NCBI GenBank assembly: GCA_963811165.1
Contig: CAWEQH010000008.1
Coordinates: forward strand, 192,001 to 256,000
Length of the DNA: 64,000 bases
From: an uncultured Nitrospiraceae bacterium
GTDB lineage: Bacteria; Nitrospirota; Thermodesulfovibrionia; Thermodesulfovibrionales; UBA6898
Reading direction: 5' to 3'
The notes under the pieces were generated by a model. The model ran no database searches. It was given only the letters and a program-made list of their open reading frames with translations, and had not been told where the DNA came from. Position 1 is the first letter of the stretch. Every line of letters starts with the position of its first letter. Positions 37,343 to 46,593 of the stretch are shown here, one piece after another. A program made the position numbers and the translations under genes.

Positions 37343-39613
37343 TTAAAAAAAGCTTCCGAAAGCAAATTCAAATTTGCCGGCACTTTCACCGGGTCTTTTC
37401 TGTATATTATATCCCCACTCAATCCTGATAGGCCCGATCGGGGAGATCCACCTGATCCCTGTGCCGGTCGTATATCTTAAGATGCCAAAGGAATCGGATG
37501 TGGCATTCGCGTTCGCGCAGGAAGATCCCGAGCATCCGTATGAGTTGCCCGCATCGAAAAAGACGACACCCTTCAACTTCATATCGGGAAGGATGGGGAA
37601 GACGTACTCGGCATTGAAGATCAGTTCCGACGTACCGCCGATTCCATCGAGAGTGGCCTTATCTATCGGCCCGGCTTCAGCGAACCCGAGCCCTCTCACT
37701 GTGTATATGCCGCCTACAAAGAAATTTTCATAAAGAGGGACTGTCTTATCAAACAGCCCCTTTATATACCCGATACGGCCCCTCAGCATGATACTCGTTG
37801 GGCCGATCGGAAAGTACCAGGCAGAATCCGCGGCCGCTTTGATGAAGTAATTATCGCCCCCGATTCCGGCATACGTTACTGAAAGGGCATTTCTCGACCC
37901 CCGCGACGGATCCAGGTAGTTGTCCCGTGAATCTCTTGCAATAGTCGGAGTGATGCTGCTCGTAAGCTTTGTCCCCTTCTGATCGAATATTATCGGCGAT
38001 GACCCTGGTGTGATATTTGAGAGAGTGGCCCTCTCAAAATTATATGACACATCGGCGTTCCAGTATTCGCCGAAATTCTTTCCGAGGCCGAGGAAAAACC
38101 CGTATGCCTCCTTGTTATATTCCGTGTAATTGCGCGTCGTTCTATATATACCCGTATTCAGGGCAATAGGTCTATCGAGAAACCACGGCTCCTTAAACGA
38201 GATTTCGTAAAGCGAACTCAGTCCGCCGAGTTCTCCCTTGATTTTCAGATACTGACCTTTCCCGAAGAGGTTTCCCTGTGTCAGGTCCGCGGTCGCGATG
38301 AATTTATCCACCGAGCTATAGCCCCCGCCTATACTCAGGAAGCCAGTGGGTTTTTCCTTGACTCTGACATCGAGGTCTACCACCTTTTCTTCATATTTTG
38401 GCTTTGGCACTATGTCGACGGATTCGAAAAATTGGAGGTTATTGATCCTCTCATACGTTCTCTTTAGTTTGGAACTGCTGAAGATCTCGCCTTCATCGAA
38501 CCTGATTTCACGCCTGATGACCTTGTCCCTTGTCTTTGTATTGCCCGATACCTCGATTCTTCCGACCCGGTATTTCTCTCCCTCGCTTATAGAGAGGGAA
38601 ACGTGTACGGTCTTGTCATTTTCATCAGGGACGAGATCGGGCATCACAGAGACCAGCGCGTACCCGTTATCGGAATAGAGGGCGGAGATCGCCTGTATGT
38701 TTTTTTCGAGTTGGCTCTTGCTGAACACACTCTTTGGTGAAATGGTAATCAGTTTCCTGATAGCGGCATCATCGTAAACCTTGTTCCCGCTAAAATCTAT
38801 AGAGGAGACCTTATACTGGTCGCCCTCGGATACCCTGACCGTTATGGTCATGCCTTTTCTTTCTTTGTCGACCGTTATCTCGGGTTCGGCAACGACCACT
38901 TTGATATACCCGTTATCAAAATAAAGGGCCTTAATCTTATCAACATCCTCGTCCATCTGGGCCTTTTTGTAATATCCCGACGATGTCACAAATGAAAAAA
39001 GCCACCATTCCTTTGTTTTCATCGCCTTTTTGATCTTTGACGAAGAAATGTGCTTATTGCCTTCGACAAAGATTTTCCTTATTTTTATCTTCGAGCCTTC
39101 GTCGATCTGGTAGGTAAGTCCTATCTCATCTTCGGATATCTTCTTGGTGACCGGTACTATGTTGGCGAGCCAATAGCCTTCCTCCTCATAAAAACTCTTT
39201 AATTTGAGGGCATTATCCTGTATCAGGACCGTATCTGCGATCGCCCCGGCGGTGATTGTTATTTTTTCCTTGAGCTTGGAGTCCTCAATTTCTTTGTTGC
39301 CCTGGAAGTCAACCTTAACTATAGTGGGTTTTTCCTTGACAATAAAAATAAGCCTGACGCCGCCTTCAAAGGGTTCTATCTCGACTTTTACGTCGTCGAA
39401 GTATCCCATTTTGAAGATAGACTTAATATCTTCATTTATTTTGTCCTGAGAAACAGGTTCGCCTATCCTTTGAGATATCTTGGCTTTTATCGCCCCTTCT
39501 TCTATGCGCTTTAACCCCTGAATATTGATCTTGTTTACAGTCGGCAGCTCCTCTGCAAAGACGATGCCCGATGTAAAAAAGACACACAATAATATAAATA
39601 ACAATCGACGCAT
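37343..39613 (-). CDS. bamA: Outer membrane protein assembly factor BamA
   Basis: POTRA repeats (GNTKTRDKVIRRE), VRGL motif, SPIGPIRIEWG, terminal Phe. Confidence 0.96.
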   Translation of the reverse strand: MRRLLFILLCVFFTSGIVFAEELPTVNKINIQGLKRIEEGAIKAKISQRIGEPVSQDKINEDIKSIFKMGYFDDVKVEIEPFEGGVRLIFIVKEKPTIVKVDFQGNKEIEDSKLKEKITITAGAIADTVLIQDNALKLKSFYEEEGYWLANIVPVTKKISEDEIGLTYQIDEGSKIKIRKIFVEGNKHISSSKIKKAMKTKEWWLFSFVTSSGYYKKAQMDEDVDKIKALYFDNGYIKVVVAEPEITVDKERKGMTITVRVSEGDQYKVSSIDFSGNKVYDDAAIRKLITISPKSVFSKSQLEKNIQAISALYSDNGYALVSVMPDLVPDENDKTVHVSLSISEGEKYRVGRIEVSGNTKTRDKVIRREIRFDEGEIFSSSKLKRTYERINNLQFFESVDIVPKPKYEEKVVDLDVRVKEKPTGFLSIGGGYSSVDKFIATADLTQGNLFGKGQYLKIKGELGGLSSLYEISFKEPWFLDRPIALNTGIYRTTRNYTEYNKEAYGFFLGLGKNFGEYWNADVSYNFERATLSNITPGSSPIIFDQKGTKLTSSITPTIARDSRDNYLDPSRGSRNALSVTYAGIGGDNYFIKAAADSAWYFPIGPTSIMLRGRIGYIKGLFDKTVPLYENFFVGGIYTVRGLGFAEAGPIDKATLDGIGGTSELIFNAEYVFPILPDMKLKGVVFFDAGNSYGCSGSSCANANATSDSFGILRYTTGTGIRWISPIGPIRIEWGYNIQKRPGESAGKFEFAFGSFF

Positions 39614-39737
39614 ATTTTTCTCCGTGCTCTATGCTGGGTTCAGTCTTAAAACTCGATAAGTATAGCACTGAGACAGGGGGAAAAGTAAAGCAAGAAAATG
39701 GGATAACAATGCAGAATGAAGGCCATTTTTAATTTTT

Positions 39738-39766
39738 TTGACGTCAAGTCAATAAATAATTATAAT
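39738..39766 (+). promoter_or_regulatory. Near-consensus sigma70 promoter upstream of dsrA
   Basis: TTGACG-N17-TATAAT. Confidence 0.7.
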
Positions 39767-39781
39767 TAATAGATTAATTTA

Positions 39782-39817
39782 TTTTATTTGACCAACATAT
39801 AAAAGGTGTTTTAAGCT
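39782..39817 (+). promoter_or_regulatory. Second dsrA promoter-like element, shared with dsrC
   Basis: TTTTATTTGACCAA-N11-TGTTTTA, containing TTGACC-N18-TAAGCT. Confidence 0.5.
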
Positions 39818-39885
39818 TTTTAGCGCTTGCAATTTGGCGCTTAATTGGGCTACGAAAAAAAATCACCATAAAGAAGGAGGATTAG

Positions 39886-41115
39886 ATGAAGAAGTATAAT
39901 ACGCCTTTACTTGACGAGTTGGAAAAAGGTCCATGGCCGAGCTTCGTCACCGAGATGAAGAAGGCCGCCAAGAAAAACGAGATGTCAAACGATGCAGTAG
40001 GACATCTTGAAAAGTGTTACACCACCAAGATGGGTTACTGGAAACATGGTGGTATAGTCGGTGTCCTCGGTTATGGAGGCGGGGTCATCGGAAGATATTC
40101 TGAAATAGGTGATGAGTTCCCGGGAGTAGCGCATTTCCACACGGTGAGACTTAACCAGCCGAGCGCTTTCTTCTATACGAGCAAGGCACTGAAAGAGATA
40201 TGTGACATCTGGGACAAGTATGGAAGCGGTCTCACAAACGTGCATGGTTCAACCGGTGACCTTGTGCTTCTCGGCTGTAGAGACAGAAGCCCTCGAGACT
40301 ATATTCGCAGAGTATTCTTCCCGCGGATGGGACCTGGGCAGTTCCGGTTCAGCGCTCAGGACCCCGAGCTGCTGTGTAGGACCGGCCCGCTGCGAATGGG
40401 CCAACTATGATACCCTCGGTCTCAATTACGCCCTCACCCAGGAATTTCAGGATGAGATGCACAGGCCGATCGTTCTCGTACAAATTCAAGTTCAAACTCT
40501 CAGGCTGTGCCTGCGACTGCGTTGCCTCTATCGCCCGTTCGGACATGTCCATCATAGGCACCTGGAAAGGCGATATCCAGATCGACCAGAAGGAAGTCAA
40601 GAACTATTCCTCCAAGATGGATATCAATGCTGAGATCGTCAATATGTGCCCTACCCAGTGCATGAGCTATGACGGGAAAGAGCTGAAGATCAACAACGCG
40701 GAGTGCAACAGGTGCATGCACTGTATCAGCCAGGATGACAAAGGCCTTAAGGCCGGGCAAAGAAAAGGGAGCTACGATCTGCATAGGCAGCAAGGCCCCG
40801 ATTGTTGTCGGCTCGCTGCTTTCATGGGTTGTAATCCCTTTTATAAAGCTTGAGCCGCCTTATACGGAACTGAAAGATTTGATCAGAAAGGTCTGGGATT
40901 GGTGGGATGATAACGCAAAACCGAGAGAGAGGATCGGCGAGGTCATTGAGATGAAAGGTATGAGGTCGTTCCTCGAGGCTATTGGCGTGCCGCCTATGCC
41001 GCAGCAGATCAAAGAGCCGAGAAAAGATCCGTTCATGTTCTACACCGAGGATGATGTCGCATCATATAAGGCAAAGGAAGCCGAAGAGAAGAAGACCGGA
41101 AAATACAAATTCTAA
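39886..41115 (+). CDS. dsrA: Dissimilatory sulfite reductase alpha subunit (frameshifted)
   Basis: [36 protein letters not shown], siroheme motifs CVGPARC / GCACDC, and CNRCMHC. Confidence 0.96.
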
Positions 41116-41145
41116 ATAAATATTTATATTAAGGAGGAATATAAG

Positions 41146-42217
41146 ATGGCATTACCACAGAGAAAAACAGACATAGGGCCGCCTCATTTTGAGCAGTTTC
41201 TGCCGCCCGTAATCAAGAAGAATTACGGCAAGTGGAAATATCATGAAGTGATCACTCCCGGCACCATGGTGCATGTTGCCGAAAGCGGCGACAAGTTGTG
41301 GACGGTAAGAGTGGCGTCCCCAAGGCTTTTGGCCACCGATACGATCCGTGAGCATTGTGATATCGCGGAGAAATACTGTGGCGGGCATCTTCGTTATACA
41401 ACAAGAAACAACGTCGAATTTCTCGTATCCGACGAGAAGCAACTCGAACCCCTGAAGAAAGACCTGACCGCCCGCGGTTTCAAGATGGGCGGTATCGGCT
41501 ATGGTATCACGAACGTCGTGCATACCCAGGGATGGGTCCACTGCCACAGCGCTGCAACAGACGCATCAGGGCTTGTGAAATCGATGATGGACGAGCTCTA
41601 TGAATATTTTGAGTCTAAGAGGCTCCCCAACAAGGTCAGACTCGCGGTCGCATGCTGCGTGAATATGTGCGGAGCGGTTCACTGTTCGGATATCGCTATC
41701 GTTGCCGTTCATACAAAGGTCCCTACAGTCAACCACGAGAACTTTAAAAATATGTGCGAGCTGCCGACAGTCATCGGTTCGTGTCCTACCCGCGCGATCA
41801 GCCCTGATCCTGCAAATAAGAGCGTCAAGATTAACCCTGATAAGTGCATGTATTGCGGTAACTGTTTCACCGTATGTCCGCCTATCAGCATCAAGAACCC
41901 GGAGACGCGACGGCATTGCCATAGTCGTAGGCGGAAAGGTAAACAGTTTAAGAAGCAATCCTAAGTTCTCGAAGCTTGTCATCCCCTATATCTCCAATGA
42001 ACCGCCGAGATGGCCTAAGGTCGTCGCTGCCGTAAAGCATATCGTTGAGGTCTATGGCGCGAATGCAAGAAAGCATGAAAGGATAGGCGAGTGGATAGAG
42101 AGGGTCGGCTGGGAGAGGTTCTTCTCGCTTACCGGTATCGAGTTTACATTCCAGTCTATCGACGACTTCACGTTCATGAGAGATACCCTGAGGACGTCAT
42201 CAACGTTTAAATGGTAG
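41146..42217 (+). CDS. dsrB: Dissimilatory sulfite reductase beta subunit (frameshift near 41905)
   Basis: [38 protein letters not shown] and PPRWP motifs. Confidence 0.96.
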
Positions 42218-42247
42218 TATAATTCTTAAATAGGAGTATAATTGATT

Positions 42248-42276
42248 GAGGCAGCAGTTCAAAAGACTGCTGCCTC
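42248..42276 (+). other. Perfect 11-bp hairpin between dsrB and dsrD
   Basis: GAGGCAGCAGT-TCAAAAG-ACTGCTGCCTC with no U tract. Confidence 0.6.
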
Positions 42277-42316
42277 GGGATAAATCTGGAAAAAATATAT
42301 CACGGGGGTAGAGTAC

Positions 42317-42565
42317 ATGGAGACAGCAGAACTGCAAGACAAGATTTTTGCCTTCGTAGAAGCGGCAAAGGGCAAGAAGAAGCTGAAAGAGAAGGATATC
42401 CTTAAGGGTGTGTCCGCCGAGCAAAATGTATCGCCCGATGATGTCAAAAAGGCCATGAGAGCGATGATAGACGTGGGAAGACTCATGTATTCATATGGAG
42501 GCGGAGCCAGTTCCGTCGAGATCCCGAGTGAAGAGTATCTTAGAGAAAAAGGTCTCATAAAGTAA
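42317..42565 (+). CDS. dsrD: DsrD (DsrAB activator, winged-helix fold)
   Basis: 82 aa, Lys-rich KGKKKLK and GRLMYSYGGG; directly after dsrB. Confidence 0.8.
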   Translation: METAELQDKIFAFVEAAKGKKKLKEKDILKGVSAEQNVSPDDVKKAMRAMIDVGRLMYSYGGGASSVEIPSEEYLREKGLIK

Positions 42566-42589
42566 TAATCATTTCAATGCTTACATAAT

Positions 42590-42613
42590 ACAGAGGGGCA
42601 TCGGCCCCTCTGT
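42590..42613 (+). terminator. Hairpin/terminator after dsrD
   Basis: ACAGAGGGGC-ATCG-GCCCCTCTGT with a weak U tract. Confidence 0.6.
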
Positions 42614-42760
42614 GCCCGCTGTTTTGGTCCTCTGCCTTATTGCGCAGGATTATGTTGTCAAGTGCCAATTTGTTGAAAATCTGTCTCTAATTGAGTCACA
42701 ATACCGATAGTTCTCTATTGTTGACCAAGGTAAGAATCTCACAGGAGAAATTGTGCAGGC

Positions 42761-44182
42761 ATGAAAAAGGTTTACCCTAGGGTCATTATCGCCGGTCTGA
42801 AAGGCGGGTCTGGAAAAACCACCTTGTCGCTCGGAGTTATCGCAGCGTGGAGAGAACAAGGATTAAAAATAGCCCCCTTTAAGAAGGGGCCCGACTATAT
42901 CGACGCGGGCTGGCTATCTGCAGCAGCAGGACGTCTTTGTTACAATCTGGACCCTTTTTTGGTCGGAAACGAAAGGGTCCGATCTTCCTTCACAGATCAC
43001 TTCCGGGGCGCTGACTGCGCAGTTATTGAAGGTAACAGGGGGCTGTACGACGGGATGGACTCCGCAGGCACCTTCAGTACGGCCGAACTCTCAAAGGCAC
43101 TTAAATGCCCGGTAGTTCTCATCATCGACTGCACGAAGGCCACGAGGACGGTAGGGGCTATGCTCATTGGCATGCTGAAGTTTGACAGGAAGGTCAAGAT
43201 AAAAGGAGCGGTGCTGAACCAGATTGCCGGATCCAGGCATGAAAAGATCATCAGGGAAGTCATCGGGAATTACTGCGATGTGCCTGTCCTCGGCGCCATC
43301 CCTAAGCTTGGCGATGCCTTGTTCTCGGAGAGACATATGGGCCTTACCCCGTTTCAGGAACATCCGGACGTGGAAAAGGCGATTTCCCTCGCCGCTGAGG
43401 TCGCCAGGAAATATGTAGACCTCGAGAGCCTGAAGGAGATAGCGCAGAGCGCTGCGGGTGCGGTGTCTCAGGCTTCTCCGGGTGTTTCTCCTCCGACTGC
43501 TTCTCAAGAAGGGCCGGTCATAGGGGTGATAAGGGATTCGGCTTTCCAGTTCTACTATCCCGAAAATTTTGAGGAGCTCGAGAGGATGGGCGCAAGACTC
43601 ATAGAGGTTAGCGCCCTCACAGAGAAGCGACTTCCGGAAGTCGACGCCCTCTATATCGGAGGAGGGTTCCCGGAGACGCATTCAATCGCGCTTGCCGAAA
43701 ATGTTTCATTCCGCAGGTCACTCTTTAAGGCGGTTGAAGAAGGGCTCCCGGTGTACGCGGAATGCGGGGGGCTCATGTACCTGGGCAAATCGCTGCTGCT
43801 CGATAAGAAGAGATATCCGATGGTCGGCGTATTTCCGATAACATTCAGTCTCGAAAGAAAGCCTCAGGCACACGGCTATACCGTTGTTGAGGTTTCCGGC
43901 GAGAACCCTTTTTATCCGAGGGGAACCGTACTGAAAGGCCATGAATTTCACTATTCAAGGGTCATAGAGTTCGGGAAAAGGGATGGGGTGACTTTTTCGT
44001 TTATGATGAAGAGGGGGCAGGGGATAAGGCAGAAGTCGGATGGTGTGTGTTACAGAAATGTTTTGGCCACCTATACTCATTTGCATGCGTACGGAGCACC
44101 TCAATGGGCTGAAGGGCTCGTCCGAAAAGCGGCAGTATACAAAAAAGGAAAGGGGCCCGGGTGTCACAAAGGGAAAAGATAA
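42761..44182 (+). CDS. dsrN: Siroheme amidase DsrN (cobyrinate a,c-diamide synthase family)
   Basis: GGSGKTT, KKGPDYID, YAECGGLMY and GHEFHYS motifs; dsr context. Confidence 0.9.
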   Translation: MKKVYPRVIIAGLKGGSGKTTLSLGVIAAWREQGLKIAPFKKGPDYIDAGWLSAAAGRLCYNLDPFLVGNERVRSSFTDHFRGADCAVIEGNRGLYDGMDSAGTFSTAELSKALKCPVVLIIDCTKATRTVGAMLIGMLKFDRKVKIKGAVLNQIAGSRHEKIIREVIGNYCDVPVLGAIPKLGDALFSERHMGLTPFQEHPDVEKAISLAAEVARKYVDLESLKEIAQSAAGAVSQASPGVSPPTASQEGPVIGVIRDSAFQFYYPENFEELERMGARLIEVSALTEKRLPEVDALYIGGGFPETHSIALAENVSFRRSLFKAVEEGLPVYAECGGLMYLGKSLLLDKKRYPMVGVFPITFSLERKPQAHGYTVVEVSGENPFYPRGTVLKGHEFHYSRVIEFGKRDGVTFSFMMKRGQGIRQKSDGVCYRNVLATYTHLHAYGAPQWAEGLVRKAAVYKKGKGPGCHKGKR

Positions 44183-44811
44183 TAAAGCTGATCGAAGAAC
44201 GTGATTTCGCAGGACTTCTCTTGTTTGCAGAGAAAGACCGCAGCATCTTCAGGACCCTCATCTCCCTTTCGTACGATAAGGGGTCGGTTATTTCCTGGAG
44301 GGCGATAGAAGCTATCGGCAAAATAGCAGGACAAAAGGCGCGGACGGAACCCGTACTCATCAGGCACCTTGTGCAGAGAATACTCTGGATGATGCGCGAG
44401 GAGTCGGGGAACAATCCCTGGAGTGCCCCTGAAATGCTCGGCGAGATAGTGAGAAACGCTCCGGAAGATTTTTCGGACATCATACCGATCATTGCCTCTT
44501 TCCATGATGAGGAAATGCTCAGGAGAGGCGTTTTGAGGGCATTGGTAAGGATAAGCGAAGTGAGGGCTGATCTTATGGGGGGGGCTTCTTCACTTGCGGG
44601 GCTCTATCTGGGTCATAGTGATGCCGCTACAAGGGCCTATGCGTTGAAACTCGCGGGTAATGCAGGGCTGAAGGATCTACTTGCGTCCGCGGAGGCGCTT
44701 AAGGAAGACCCCGCGGTCGTCTGTCTTTATTCTGACGGGGATTTTGAAAGTATTGCTCTGAGAAAAATTTCGGAAGAAACTGTTATACTATTAAGTCCGA
44801 AAGGGAAATAG
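44161..44811 (+). CDS. Uncharacterised HEAT/ARM-like helical protein inside the dsr cluster
   Basis: WRAIEAIG and RILWMMREESGNNPWSAPEMLGEI segments; overlaps the end of dsrN. Confidence 0.75.
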   Translation: MSQREKIIKLIEERDFAGLLLFAEKDRSIFRTLISLSYDKGSVISWRAIEAIGKIAGQKARTEPVLIRHLVQRILWMMREESGNNPWSAPEMLGEIVRNAPEDFSDIIPIIASFHDEEMLRRGVLRALVRISEVRADLMGGASSLAGLYLGHSDAATRAYALKLAGNAGLKDLLASAEALKEDPAVVCLYSDGDFESIALRKISEETVILLSPKGK

Positions 44812-45168
44812 ATGGTAGGAATCGCCAACGAGTCATTATTGAATTGTCCGTTTTGCAGCCGTCCCTTGGATCCCCCAGCCGAAATCAAGAGCCGGTTCGG
44901 GAGTTCCTTTGAGGGCGGAAAGTGCAGATGCGGGGCGGTCTATGTGTATGACAGTACCGGGCATAATCTCGGAGATGCCTACATAGATGCTCTTGGATTG
45001 GCGTGCGGAGACGACATGGAGATGGCCTGGAGTCTCACTCCCGATGAGGACTACACGGTCCTGGAATTCGGCTTTGACCGCAGACGTAACAAGCTGGGGG
45101 GAGAGCCGAAGCGCAGGAATAATTCGCCTGTTTTTATATTTCTTCAACTCAACAAACCCGGTGCGTAA
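44812..45168 (+). CDS. Uncharacterised Cys-motif (CxxC...CxC) protein inside the dsr cluster
   Basis: CPFC...GKCRCGAVY..D.TGHNLG; start abuts the upstream stop. Confidence 0.75.
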   Translation: MVGIANESLLNCPFCSRPLDPPAEIKSRFGSSFEGGKCRCGAVYVYDSTGHNLGDAYIDALGLACGDDMEMAWSLTPDEDYTVLEFGFDRRRNKLGGEPKRRNNSPVFIFLQLNKPGA

Positions 45169-45270
45169 TCATCTGCCATCATGACAATAATCCAGTCTCG
45201 TTGCCGGCGGGTTATTGAAAAAACTGTGGATTTTATAGAAATAAACAAAGGTGATTGCTTGATAAGTTTT

Positions 45271-45306
45271 TTTTATTTGACCAAAGACGGGTATCTGTAT
45301 TACTTT
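45271..45306 (+). promoter_or_regulatory. Putative dsrC promoter
   Basis: TTTTATTTGACCAA-N11-TGTATTA, containing TTGACC-N18-TACTTT. Confidence 0.55.
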
Positions 45307-45457
45307 TTATAGCTCGGTCTGGTAATTGTGAGAATCGAAATTTCTGATATTCCGGATAGCAATGTGCCGTTTTCAGAGTGTGTTCTGTTTCGAATTGTTG
45401 GGAGTTGTATCCCTTCAAAATTTGGAAACCTATTTATGAAGAAAGGGGGAAGAAAAA

Positions 45458-45793
45458 ATGCCGACAATGGACTTTCAGGGAAAACAGGTTGAGGTTGACG
45501 ATGATGGTTATCTCTTAAACCTCGACGACTGGACCAAAGAGCTGGCCGAAGAACTGGCCAAGGGAGATGGAGTCACCCTCACCGATGCTCATTGGGAAGT
45601 CATCAACTTCTTAAGAGACTACTACAAGCAGTATCAGATCGCTCCTATGATCAAGATTCTTGTCAAAGAGATCGGAAAGGCTATGGGGCCTGAAAAAGGC
45701 AATACGAAATACCTTTACGAGCTTTATCCGGGCGGACCTGCAAAACAGGCATGTAGGTATGCTGGCCTTCCGAAACCTACTGGCTGCGTATAG
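45458..45793 (+). CDS. dsrC: DsrC sulfur carrier
   Basis: DDDGYL and HWEVINFLR motifs; C-terminal ACRYAGLPKPTGCV with both conserved Cys. Confidence 0.96.
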   Translation: MPTMDFQGKQVEVDDDGYLLNLDDWTKELAEELAKGDGVTLTDAHWEVINFLRDYYKQYQIAPMIKILVKEIGKAMGPEKGNTKYLYELYPGGPAKQACRYAGLPKPTGCV

Positions 45794-45818
45794 TTTTCTT
45801 GTGTAAGCAGTATGTGAT

Positions 45819-45852
45819 GCGGCGCTCCATCGTTAACCCGGTGGAGTGCCGT
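45819..45852 (+). terminator. Strong hairpin downstream of dsrC
   Basis: GCGGCGCTCCATCG / CGGTGGAGTGCCGT 14-bp stem including G-U pairs, followed by TCTCTC. Confidence 0.55.
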
Positions 45853-46023
45853 TCTCTCACTCGGCATGCCTCCGAGAGGGGGCAAAAGCGGGGAGGAACT
45901 TTCTGTCTCAAATGATAACGATGGAAGAGAAGCTACGACACTCGACAATTGACAAGACACCTGGAAGCGCTTTTACAAGGGATGCGATAGTTTTGAAATC
46001 CTCAGGAGCGGCGTTCACATCGT

Positions 46024-46593
46024 ATGACACTTGAGAAGTTCCTCTCTGAAAAAAGAGCCGATGTCCTTAAGAAGTGGTTCGATCTTGTACTGGAAACGTA
46101 TCCGTCTGATACTTCAACTTTCCTGAGAAACCAAAAGAATCCCTTTGCCAATCCTGTTGGGCATGCCATTTATCAAGGGATAGAAAAAATCCTTGATGAG
46201 CTGATTAGCCCGACTTCCGGAGAATTTGTCGAATTTCTGGACAACATTATCAGGGTCAGGGCGGTCCAGGATTTCTCACCCTCTCAGGCGATTTCCTTTA
46301 TCTTCTCCCTGAAGAAGGTGATAAGGGAGGAGCTTGGACAGAGTTTTCAGGGAAACCTCCCTTATGAGGAGGTTCTTTCGCTTGAGTCCAGAATCGATGC
46401 CCTGGCGCTTGCCTCGTTCGACCTCTTTATGAAGTGTCGTGAGAAGCTTTACGATATTAAGGCCAATGAACTGAGAAATATGACCTTCAGGTTATTGCAG
46501 AAAGTTAACGATATTGGTGAGGGCGAGGACAAAAAAAACGGTCTCACTGAAAGCAATGATGATAACGCAAAAGAAAAAGAGGTAACTCAATGA
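46024..46593 (+). CDS. dsrT: DsrT (RsbRD N-terminal-like)
   Basis: KWF...TYP...FANPVG and IRVRAVQDFSPSQA motifs; directly upstream of dsrM. Confidence 0.88.
   Translation: MTLEKFLSEKRADVLKKWFDLVLETYPSDTSTFLRNQKNPFANPVGHAIYQGIEKILDELISPTSGEFVEFLDNIIRVRAVQDFSPSQAISFIFSLKKVIREELGQSFQGNLPYEEVLSLESRIDALALASFDLFMKCREKLYDIKANELRNMTFRLLQKVNDIGEGEDKKNGLTESNDDNAKEKEVTQ

Noticed and set aside
37490..37560. Cys pair in a BamA loop (GCSGSSC)
   Set aside because: Disulfide-bonded extracellular loops are known in BamA; nothing points to a new function.
39700..46023. Rex or Fnr boxes in the dsr promoters; c-di-GMP riboswitch after dsrC
   Set aside because: I found no TTGTGAA-N4-TTCACAA or TTGAT-N4-ATCAA with correct spacing. 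The GGCAAA at about 45881 lacks the rest of the GEMM architecture.
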